Below are positions 45,925 to 56,531 of a stretch of 64,000 nt of DNA, piece after piece. The translations under genes and the position numbers were made by a program. The stretch's first letter is position 1. The number at the start of each line of letters is the position of its first letter. Under the pieces are notes generated by a model. It was given only the letters and a program-made list of their open reading frames with translations. It was not told the DNA's origin and made no database searches. This DNA comes from Vitrella brassicaformis CCMP3155 (Eukaryota > Protista > Chromerida). The stretch covers positions 62,001 through 126,000 of the forward strand of contig CDMY01000234.1 in the NCBI GenBank assembly GCA_001179505.1. The letters run 5' to 3'.

Positions 45925-47115
45925 ACCCAGCCACCCGCCACATCGCAGCGCTCAATGGTGCGCCAACCGTACCAAGATCGGCCAGCCGAGACGCTCGATC
46001 GACCACGCCACCGCAAGCCGTCAAAAAGGAATCTGGAGGCCGACGGAGCTGACGGCTCAGATGACGATGATGCAGCAGCCATGGCAGCAGCGGCACACCA
46101 GCCAGCGCCGCAGCCCAAGAGCAAACCCAAGGGCAGACCGAAGGGCAGAGCGAGGGTGGCGGCCAGGCGGCGCCAGCAGCTGAAGGGGATGAGCTAGAGG
46201 AGGATCGCACCCTCGATGACGAGGAAACCATACAGGTACACACAAAAGGAGAACACAATCACACAAATGCAAACAATGGATGGGCGCCTTTTTCTCATAT
46301 AGGCCTTCTCACTTCAGGGTGTTCCGTTGGGCGAGAAGCTCAATTTGAGTGCCCTCATCTGACTTGGACCTCTCCATGCTGCCGGCCGCAGGTGGTGTGG
46401 GCTTGGACGACATCGCAGCTGAGATCGAGCAGGAGCGAGGTCTCCAGACCCGTTTGGCGATGAGCGAATCAGCGGCCATCGCATTCGGCAAGAGTGGGGA
46501 GATGCCCAAGGAGCCGACTGCCGACAGTGAAGTCGAGGAGGCCGACACCAATGCCGCTGTTGATAAGGGTAGGTGGGAGCAGCACGAGCAACACATACCA
46601 GCACACGCCACGTTGCTCGTGCTGCTCCTTCCAGTTGTTGTTGGTGATGCGCAGGCCGCCATGAGGGGGATGGCGGCCGTCGAGCGCTACGTGAGTGCCC
46701 ACTGTTCGTTACGGCTGCAGAAAGCACTCGGACGACTGAAGAAAGGGATCAGAACAGAAGCACAACAGAAGGGAGACCTCAAGCGTGCTCAGTGACTGAG
46801 TTTGAGTGAGTGAGTCGTGCTGCCGTACCTCATCTAGGCAGATCTGTCGTTCATGGCTCTGCATCGTTGGTGCATGACTCTGTCCATCCATACATCTACT
46901 TTTTCGGTGAGATCGGCGCTAGTTTGCCTCACAGGAAGGCCACCATCTGCCGCTGGCATCCTCAAAAGTGACTGAAAGGCTCCAGAAATCACCCTCACGA
47001 GCGATCGGCGACCTTTTCCGTAAATCCATATCATCCATCGTTTTTCGTCGTTTCAGGGTCGTTTGAGCGGGGAAAAAAGAGTGAATGTGATGGAGGGTGG
47101 CTCTGGTGAGTCATT
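45925..47115 (+). pseudogene. Copy 2 of the 1.18-kb duplication, with a nonsense change
   Basis: AGC GAG AGG in copy 1 reads AGC TAG AGG at 46192-46200; numerous other substitutions and small indels. Confidence 0.65.
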
Positions 47116-47128
47116 CAGGGGCTCGTCG

Positions 47129-48506
47129 CATTTGCGAGCTTGACTGAGAATTTTTGTGGCGAGAATGGCGGCGAGATGTCAGATCATAGCCGTCTCCGAG
47201 ACAGATTTGTGAGAATAAGGGATATCAAACAGTTTCCGAGCCGGCTGCCCTCATTTCTCACTGTTTGCCCCACATCTCCCTCGTTTCTTTTCATTTTTTG
47301 GCGGGAGTGGTCGCGCGCCACCCGCCCGAGGCCCACGCAGCCCACGCAGCCCACCCTGCTCCCCGTTTGCGAAGAGGACGAGTCCACCTGATCGGCCCTG
47401 ACCCTCCCGTCAGACGCTGACATCACCCTGATGCGCATCTTGCATCCCATTTCCTCTTTCCGTCCCAGAGCCTCCCGGCGCAATGTAGTCGTCTGCCTGG
47501 CCTTCCCAAGGCACCCACTACTGCGTCCGCCGTCTGCAAGGTCCCCAAGTACAGCGCCGGGGCGACCGATGATGCAGACCCGTCGTCATTCTTCTGGGTC
47601 TTCGAGGCCAAGGCGCCGCACGGCGAAGGGTCGGACTTCAGACGGCGCCTTGCCAACGACACGCGAGCGCTGCTGGGCGAGGAGGTGCCCATCGAGTACA
47701 TGTCGGAGGAGCAGGCTGAGGGAACACACCTGCCACGGCTGCCTAACCCGCCGGTCACGAACCTTGACCGGACGCATCCATCCATCCATCCATCTATCTT
47801 TTGTGTGTGTGTCTGTGTGTATGTGTGTGCAGGAGGCACTTGCGGCTGGGGCTGCTGCTGCTGCTGATGGTGGTGGTGGTGATGATGACGATGGCAACGA
47901 GGATGAAGTCGAGGACGAGGAGGAGGTCAGCGGAGAGAGATGGGATAGGATAGGATGGGATGGGATGGCACACATGCGCTCTTGCGTGCGTCGTGTGTGT
48001 CGATCTGTGTGTGAATGGGCGTGTGTGTATGGTGACAGGATAACGACGACAAATACGAGGACGAGAAGGTCAGCCAGACACCTCACGCACCGAACCATGC
48101 ACCCTTGACATCCCCCTCCCTCTCTGTGTGTTGAATGAGTGCAGGCGGTCAAGGCCAAGTCGAAAGCCAAGCGAGCGGCCAAGCGCACCGATGACCCAGG
48201 TAACTGCCGACTCAGAAAGAACTGATGCTTGCAGCAATGAGAGACATGCACACGTGTGTGTGTGTTTGTGTGAAAGAGTGGAAGCCCAAATGCCTTCGCG
48301 AACAAGCCAAGGGCCTCCCCAAGCACTTCACAGCCAGAATATTTCATTTTGTATTTTGTTAGACTGCTTTGCAGCTATCTATGGGTATTGTCCATGTGTG
48401 TTCGCAGTACCAGAGTGACGTCCGGGGCGTCTCTTACAAGAAAAGAGACCACTCCTGGATCGCGACCTGGTACGAGTGGGGCCGGCCAAAGTGCGCCAGG
48501 TTCTGG
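47129..48506 (+). CDS. AP2-domain gene copy A: unknown N-terminal exon + acidic/Lys linker exons + truncated AP2 exon (48408-48506)
   Basis: Exons VPKYSAGATDDADPSSFFWVFEAK..., DDDDGNEDEVEDEEE, AVKAKSKAKRAAKRTDDP, YQSDVRGVSYKKRDHSWIATWYEWGRPKCARFW. The AP2 helix is missing. Confidence 0.7.
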
Positions 48507-49224
48507 GTGGGGGGCATCACCCAGACAGACAGACAGACAGAGAGATGGGTGTCGTGTGATGCGGATGAGTCCACGCAAGACACACCTCCATGTGCAGAGT
48601 CGGAGAGACACGCAGGGCGCCCCTCACCCTGTGCGGCAGCGGCAGCGGCAGGCGAGGAGACCATGGGAGAGGCAGACCAATCAAACGGACAGGTGGACTT
48701 GACTGACACACGACGCCGATAGGTCACATCGCACAATCATGTTGTGCCTTGTGTCTCGTGTCGTGTGTGTTTTGTGTGGTTAGGATGAGTCGGTTAAGGA
48801 CGGTGACGAGGGCATGGGTGTGGTCAAGGCCAACACACACCATCAGACAGACACGCACCCTCCCTCTCCGTCCCTCTTTCCGTGCCCACCAACACCAACC
48901 TGCCCGCTCAGTATATTGAGCTGGCCTCGGTGCAAGCCCCAGTCGCGCAGGAGGAAGCGACGAGGGGAGAAGGGCCTCTGGGGATGGCTGCGGCTCCTTG
49001 TGGTGCTGGGCGATTGAGACTTCCCCCAGCGGCAGCAGCAGCAGCAGCAGCAGCAAGAGCTCGATGTCCTCAAAGTCCGTTCTTGAGAACACGAATGAGA
49101 ACAGTAAGACATGTCTGTCCACACAGATGTCGACACTCACGAATGGGAACACAGCGAGAAACGTGTGTTTTCACCTCTTTTTGCGCATCTGTCTGTCCGC
49201 GTGTGTGTTGATTCTACGATCAGA

Positions 49225-51060
49225 GGTCTAAGGCCCACCTGGTGGACAAGCTAGAGCGCGAGCTGCGCATCCTCAGCAACCAGGTCAGGTTCGTCCTCGC
49301 CGTCGTCAACGAAGAACTCGAAATCCGCAACCGGTCGGTGGGTCCTCATCCACCACACACACACACGGACGGGCTCACCTGCACATGGGTTGATGTAATG
49401 TGTGTGTGTGTGTGTGTTTGTCGGTTATCAGGAAGCGTCAGTTGCTGTTGGACGAGCTGCACAACTTGGGGTTCGACGCCATGAGTGCCATCCTGGAGGG
49501 GGCCCACAAGGGGCCCGAGGGCGACGTCCCTGACCCCGACCAAGTAGACAAGGAGGTCGGTGCACCACCCACCCTCCCACACACACCAACCACACACAAA
49601 GCCAGACAGGCAGCTGTGTGTGTCATTGTGCTTGTGCTTGTGATTGTGTGTGTTGTGTGCTTAGGATGAGTCGGTTGAGGACGGTGACGAGGGCATGGGT
49701 GTGGTCAAGGACAAGGACTACGGCTACCTCCTCGGCATGGCCATGTGGAACCTTACACAGGAAAAGGCAAGCCACGCCATCCACACAACCACACACACAC
49801 ACCATTAGACAGACGCCCAGTCTCTCTCTCCGTCTCTCGCTCCGTGTCTGTGTGTGTGTGTGAGTAGTCAGAGGAGTTGCGCAAGCAGAAGGGCTACAAG
49901 GAGACCGAGCTCGACACGCTCAGGAAGACCACCGAGCACCAGCTGTGGGAGAAGGACCTCGACGCCCTCGATGAACAGGTAAGGTACCCCCTCCCTCCCT
50001 CCCTCCCTCCCTCCCTCCCCCACACACATACATGTGTGTGTGTGTGTCTGTGTGTGTGGTGTGTGGTTGTCAGGATCGCATTGACGAGGACGATCCCGCA
50101 GCCGAGTTGAACGGGAAGAAGGGCAAGCGCAAGAAGGTCATGTTCTCACGGCCCAAGGGCAAGGCCGCCAAGAGACGCTTCCCCGCCGCCAACAAAGCCA
50201 GGGCCAAAGCCGCCAGAGCCAAGAAGAACAAGGTCGATGGCGTAAGCAAGCCCGTACACCCATGCATATCCTCCCACGCACACATACACACATGGATGCA
50301 TATGTGCAGACATTTATATTCTGTCTGTCTGCTTTTCTGTGCGCGTGTGTGTCTGTGTGTCTCAGTTCACGGATTTCAGCGACAGCGACGAAGAAAACCA
50401 GCTACTCTGTAGTCGCCTCCCTGACCCTCTGGCCAATGTCAGCTTCCAATCCATCCATCCATCCATCTATCCTCTGTGTGTGTGTGTGTGTGTGTGCGTG
50501 TGTGTTCGACAGGGGCAGGATGGCGGCAAGGACAAGGAGAAGGAGTCGAGTGAGGAGAGAGACGCCCACATGAAGCTCGTCGACGCCGACGACGACCATG
50601 ACGACGACCATGACGATGACATGGGGCAGGGGGCTGGTGCTGCTGCTGGTGGCGGCAAGGCGGCAAAGGCCAAGGCCAAGGCCAACGACAAGAAGGAGCA
50701 GCACAAGAAGGACAAGCGCGAGTCTCTCCTCGACGACAAACTAGTACACACACAACACACACACAGTCCACACACAAAGTGCAGGTGTGCCTCCCTCTCT
50801 CTCTCTCTCTCTCTGCGTGTGTGTGTGGTCAGTTCGCTGACGATGACGATGAGGATGTCGACGAGGACCAAGACGGGGACGAGGAGAGTGAGGAGGTCAG
50901 AAAATAGAAAGAAAGAAAGAAAGAAAGAAAGAGAGATGAGATGCCACATACATGCGCTCTTGCAGGCATCGTGTGTGCTGATGCATGTACATGTGACATC
51001 TCATTTCCTCTTTCCGTCCCTCCCGGTGCAGCCGGCTAAGGACGATGATCAGAAAGGTAT
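49225..51060 (+). pseudogene. TOP2: 3' fragment of DNA topoisomerase II (end of breakage-reunion domain + acidic/basic CTD), intron-containing
   Basis: AHLVDKLERELRILSNQVRFVLAVVNEELEIRNR|KRQLLLDELHNLGFD, DYGYLLGMAMWNLTQEK|SEELRKQK..ELDTLRKTTEHQLWEKDLD. No ATPase, TOPRIM or catalytic-Tyr exons upstream. Confidence 0.85.
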
Positions 51061-51168
51061 GCGCCCATCGATGCTTGCAGCAATGAGAGACATGCACATG
51101 TTTGTATGTGTGTGTTTGTGTGAAAGAGTGGACGCCAACATGCCGGCGCCGACAAGCCAAGGGCATCC

Positions 51169-51470
51169 CCGAGTTGCAAACGGGGACGTTGGTACATCTG
51201 ATGCTCGAAAAGAGCGTCTGGTAAGTGCAGGAAGGGCGAGGAGAGAGGGAGACGGAAAAGGGTTCACCCTCATCGCATCGATGTGTGTCTCGCCCCTGCA
51301 GGTTCGTGATTGTCACGAATGTGGGCCAGTTGCCTGTCGGATTGCTGGCTGACCTCACCCACGACCCTCGCTCCAAAATTGCGGTCATTGGTACAGATGC
51401 GTAGCAGAAAGATCGATCGGGCGCTGCCTCTTTTTGCCACTGTACTCGCTGTCTCTTGCAACAACGAGGA
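51169..51470 (+). pseudogene. Inverted partial duplicate of the NYN-like exons at 55520-55830
   Basis: Near-identical to the reverse complement of ~55520-55830 (FVIVTNVGQLPVGLLADLTHDPRSKIAVIGTDA*), with a 15-nt in-frame deletion and the downstream acceptor CAG changed to CAA. Confidence 0.85.
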
Positions 51471-52183
51471 GCGACTACGAGGAGGACCAGCAGCAGAAGA
51501 AGAAGAAGGCCAAGGAGAAGAGAGAAGACAATGCGGGCCGTTCTTTTGTTGTGTGTCAGATCGGCTGCTCATCGCTGCCTGCATTTTATATCCTGATGTC
51601 TCATCCGCTCGCTGACCGTCTCGTATGTGTGTCGTTCGTGCCGTATTGGCCTGTTTGATTATTCGAACCTTTTACGTCCGTGATCTGCATGGCACGTGGT
51701 TGGTTGGTTATTGTGTTTAATGAGACTCGTGTCTGTAACCCCGGAGGGGATCCTGTCCATTTCACGCACTAAAATAGCAACATCCTCATGGATAGAAGCA
51801 TGCACACGGTTTATCTACCCATCCCACCCACCCACCCACCCACTCGACATGCACGTGCCACCCTATGACGGTCAGAAGACAGCCAGACATATGCATCACG
51901 CACAGAGGCTACTTTCATATACCAATTCGTCGTCTGCCCCTGAATTCAATCCTCCTGGTTCACACGAAGCGGGACACCCCGCCCTGACTCTCGGACGCGA
52001 TCGGGGAGATCATTCACTGGATCTTCATCAAGATGATGAGTCACGTCATGCAGATCTTGCTCGGATGCGACGAATTGAGTCCTGTGATGGCTTCTCTGGA
52101 CGGCAACGAGTGCAAGCGCAAGAAGGTCGGCTTCGTGCCGCCTAGAGGGGCCAATTGAAAGCCTCCTAGGATGTCCATCTGCG

Positions 52184-52223
<40 letters not shown>

Positions 52224-53808
52224 TGGAGTAATGGAGACACCACCTTTGGTTGACACCTTAGCCTGCTTGGAGAAGATGGATGCAATCAAGCGCACAGCTG
52301 AATGCCAAGTGTCAATGTCTCATGCACCACTTCCGTCCATCCATCCATCCATCGATCTATCCGTCGGTCCATCGATCACCACACCCGTCCATCTACCCAC
52401 CGCTGCACTCAAACTAACGACCCCAGCCAGCCAGCCCGCCTCTCTGTGATCTTCGTCTTTCTTCCTTTCTCGTGGTGCGGACCACCAGACAGCCAGCCAG
52501 ACAGCCGCACAGACGCAACCGATCTTCTCTACTCTGCAAGTAGGTCAAATGCAAGGCACGCACCAGGCAGCCACGCAGTCAGTTTGGACACACAGACACA
52601 CTCTTCCTAAGAGTGTCCACCGAGAGGAAGTGTCTCAAGCCCACCACAGGCACAGAGACACCCGCGAAAGTGCGCGATGGGCCAGCAGCAGACAATGGCA
52701 GCCAGCCAGCCAGCCAGCCAGGTGAAAGACATAAACACTGATAGACTAGATGAGTGTGTGTGTTTTTGTGTATGTACGCCCGGTGCCGAACTCAGACCCC
52801 ATCGCCTCTCGTCACACGCGGGCTCTCTGGACCTCTGCGACGTACCAGAGACATTCCCGCTCGCAAGTGTGCGCTTCGAGAGGAAAGGCCCCAAGCCCAC
52901 CACAGAGGGAGAGAGACACCCGCAAAAATGCGCGAGGGGCCAGCGGCAGACAAATCCAATTGTGGTATGTCGTATGTGATGGTGGGAAAAAAACTACGAG
53001 CGGAGTGATAGCGAGCGAGAAGGGGGGACGGGTGAACGGACATGGACACACTACTGACAGACAGACAGACAGACAGACACGATTAGAAAATATATCGCGC
53101 GGGTGCACCGTTGTGCGCATCTCTCTCTTCATTCCTCCCAGCGACCGACACACAGACAGACAGGGAGGTGATGATGATGGCATGGTGGTACGAGAAATGT
53201 GTGACGTGTGTCTGTGTGCAGGCAGGCAGGTAGGCAGGCAGGCAGGTAGGTAGGCAGGCAGGCAGCGTAGCAGCAGCCTATCCACCCATGCACTCCTCCT
53301 CCATCCATTCCACCCACCCAGCCGTGACGCAAAAGACCTGACTACCACGTTTGCCTCTTCACCACTGAGTGCACACGCATTCGTGTTAGTTAGTTATGTG
53401 CCGTGGAAGTGGTTGCTTGATTGACTGACTGGTGGTGGGGAAACAAGGAAGCGCTTGTGTGTGTGTGTGTGTGTGTGTGCGATGAATGTGTGGGCAAAAG
53501 GCGTGTTGGGACACAGACAGAACACACAGCACAATCAGCCAGACGTGTCCACAGTGACACCCCCAGACAGGCAGACAGACAGACAGTCGGGCAGTCGGTC
53601 GGTTGGCACCACATGCCGTCACCACGGGGAATGGTGGACAGGGGTGGCGGGCAGGCAGGAAGGCCGACTCTCTCCCTTGACCATCTATCCATCCGTCTGT
53701 TCAGCACAAGACACCGTAGGCAGCCAGGCAGGCAGGCAGGCAGACAGTCAGCAGATACAGGCCTCTCTCTCGTCGTAACCCTCACTCACCGTCCAGCCGT
53801 CCGTGAAC

Positions 53809-54171
53809 TCATCGAGAGTGCTTCTGTCGGTGTGCGATGGCGCTCGCCTATTATCATGCAAAGAGAAGAGGCACGCAAATTGAAGAGGCCGGCTGGCGTC
53901 TCTATCACGTGGGCTGTGTTGTTGGCAAACTGACCTTTGCCCGGGCGAACCCAAGTGCCTTGATCGAGAAAAGCTTGTACCTGCGCCGGCCGCTCTCGTA
54001 CCAGGTGGCCATCCAGCCATGATCTTTCTCCTTGTAGGTGACTCCACGAACGTTGCTCTGATACTGCGAGCACACACACACAGATGGCTGCGAGGCAGTC
54101 TAACAAAATACAAGATGAAATACCTTCACCTTCTTGGCCTGCGTGCATGTGTGTGTAGGGGTCCAGTCTCC

Positions 54172-54206
<35 letters not shown>

Positions 54207-56338
54207 TGTGTGTGCATGTCTGTCATTGCTGCATGAGTAGGCACATACCGTCCTCGTCCTCGTCATCGCTGTTTTTGTGTGTGCGCTTGGCCGCCTGCAC
54301 TCATTCGACACACAGGGAGGGAGTGAAGGAGTGGGCTGTCACATGTGCATCGCTGGTCTGTGAGATGTGGCTGACCTTAGGTTTCGGTTCGTAGTTCTCG
54401 TCGTCATCCTGCCACTATACACACACATCAACACACAAGATACATGCAAGAGCGCATGTCGCATCCCATCCCATCTGTCTGTCTGTCTGTCTCTGTCTCT
54501 CTCTGGCTGACTGACCTCCTCCGTCTCCCCATCTGCGTCTTCATCCTCGTCTTCGTCGTCGTCTTCATCCTCGTCGTCCTCGTCGTTTTCGTCGTCCTCG
54601 TCGGGGTACTGACAACACACACACATCACACCCCCCAGGAAAGAGGGAGACAGCGAGGCACACATGCACTGTGTGCCTTCTCTGTGTGTGGTAAATGGTG
54701 TGAATGGTGTGAATGTGTGTGTACCAGGTCATCTTGGACGAGCGATTTGGCCTTGGTCTTTCCCTTGGCAGCCGCCGCCGCCGCCGCCGCTCCGAGCTCC
54801 TCATCTGACATACGTGTGCACATGTGTGCTCATTTATCAGCTCTCCGAGCTGGCACGTACCTGTGGCGGTCCACCTGATGCACCTCGCCTGCTGGCCGGC
54901 CCCTGTCACTGTAGTTATCTCATAGCGACCTCCACTGTCGCAGTCGCTCTCACGCACGGCGTCCAAGAGCTTCTTCAGCTCAGCAGCTTCGTCCGGCTTG
55001 AAGTTCTGATGGTTTTGGTGGTGTGGGGGGGCCAGGACCTGTCGTTGGTGAGGGGAGCAGCGGGGCCGAGTCTGATCTGCGGGTGGCGGCTGAACACACT
55101 GACACACACGCCCACAGAGAGAGAGAAAGAGAGAGAGCGACGAGTGCGTGAGAGGGTGTGTGTGTGTGTGTGCGTCTGCGTCTGCGTGTGTGTGTACTGA
55201 CCTCCTGTGGTTTGCCCCTGATGTCATTGCCCAGGGAGGACATCTCGAGGTCGGCCACCTTGGCTCCGCGGCCGGCGGGTGTGACAGTGTTGTTCTCCTG
55301 TCGGGCCCCGGGAGGGCCGGTGATTTTCTTGTTTGTGAGTTGCTTGGTCTCGTCCAGGTGGAAAATCTTATACTTGGGCGTGGCATTGGGATCTGAGGCA
55401 TAGCAAGAGAAACACAGGCCGGCATATGACAGCTTTTTGCAATGAGTCGCTCAGTGGATACTATACCATCAGAGGCGCTGCTGCTGCAGCTGAGTGAATG
55501 TGATCCATTGGTGTCCAGGCCTGCAAAAGACAGCGAGTACAGTGGCAAAAAGAGGCAGCGCCCGATCGATCTTTCTGCTACGCATCTGTACCAATGACTG
55601 CAATTTTGGAGCGAGGGTCGTGGGTGAGGTCAGCCAGCAATCCGAGAGGCAACTGGCCCGCATTCGTGACAATCACGAACCTGCAGGGGCGAGACACACA
55701 TCGATGCGATGAGGGTGAACCCTTTCCCGTCTCCCTCTCTCCTCGCCCTTCCTGCACTTGCCAGATGCCCTCCTTCTTTTCGAACTTTTCCAGCATCAGA
55801 TCTAGCAACGCCCCCGTGTGCAGCTCTCCGCCGACGGTAGCGTGATGAAACATAAGCTGCACCTCATTACTGCCCCCCCAAATGGCCTCGCAGATGTCCC
55901 GCAGCACATTGGCCGCACCACACACACCGTCGACAGGCCGTACTCGTGGCTGGAAGGGCTGCGTGGCTCTGTCGAACGTGGCGATGTGTGTGTTGATGGT
56001 CTTCTCGACGAGACGCTCCACTGCGATGGCGTCTTGGGGGGTGGAACGGACGACAACAAGGTCTCCACAGTTCACACGGGAGCACCTGCGACGCACACAG
56101 GCAAAGGCAGGCCTCATTTTGGGGGCGACTGAGAGAATGCACATGCCACGCAACCACCACTGAAGAGAGCGTCCACAGTGTCATGCATCGTGGAACGCGT
56201 GACACCCATGAGACGGTAGGCACCCCCGAGGCACAATAGAGCCGCTCAATGCGCATGAGGTTGCGGGAGTGTGCGGAGGAAGAAGTGGTGCATTTCCCGT
56301 GGGGCTCACCGTTCTATGATGGCTCGAAGGTCTTCCAT
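53809..56338 (-). CDS. AP2-domain gene copy B, apparently intact: degenerate NYN-like domain + possible R3H-like segment + acidic linker + complete C-terminal AP2 domain
   Basis: I could chain about 12 exons in phase from MEDLRAIIER to YQSNVRGVTYKEKDHGWMATWYESGRRRYKLFSIKALGFARAK|ASAIAHRQKHSR*. AP2 exon is 53935-54063. The AP2 call is strong; the NYN and R3H calls are pattern-based. Confidence 0.7.
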
Positions 56339-56531
56339 GACGTCTGTCGGGTGGGGAAGACTCCGAACTTCTCCCCCCTTCCCGCACTTCTTAGCTCGCA
56401 CGATCGGCAGCCTCCCCATCTGAAGGATATGATGTCGCTGGATCTTCATCAAGGTGATGAATCACGTCATGCAAATCTTGCACGGATGCGACTAATTGAG
56501 TCCTTTTCTTCTCGCAGGTGAGATGTGAACG

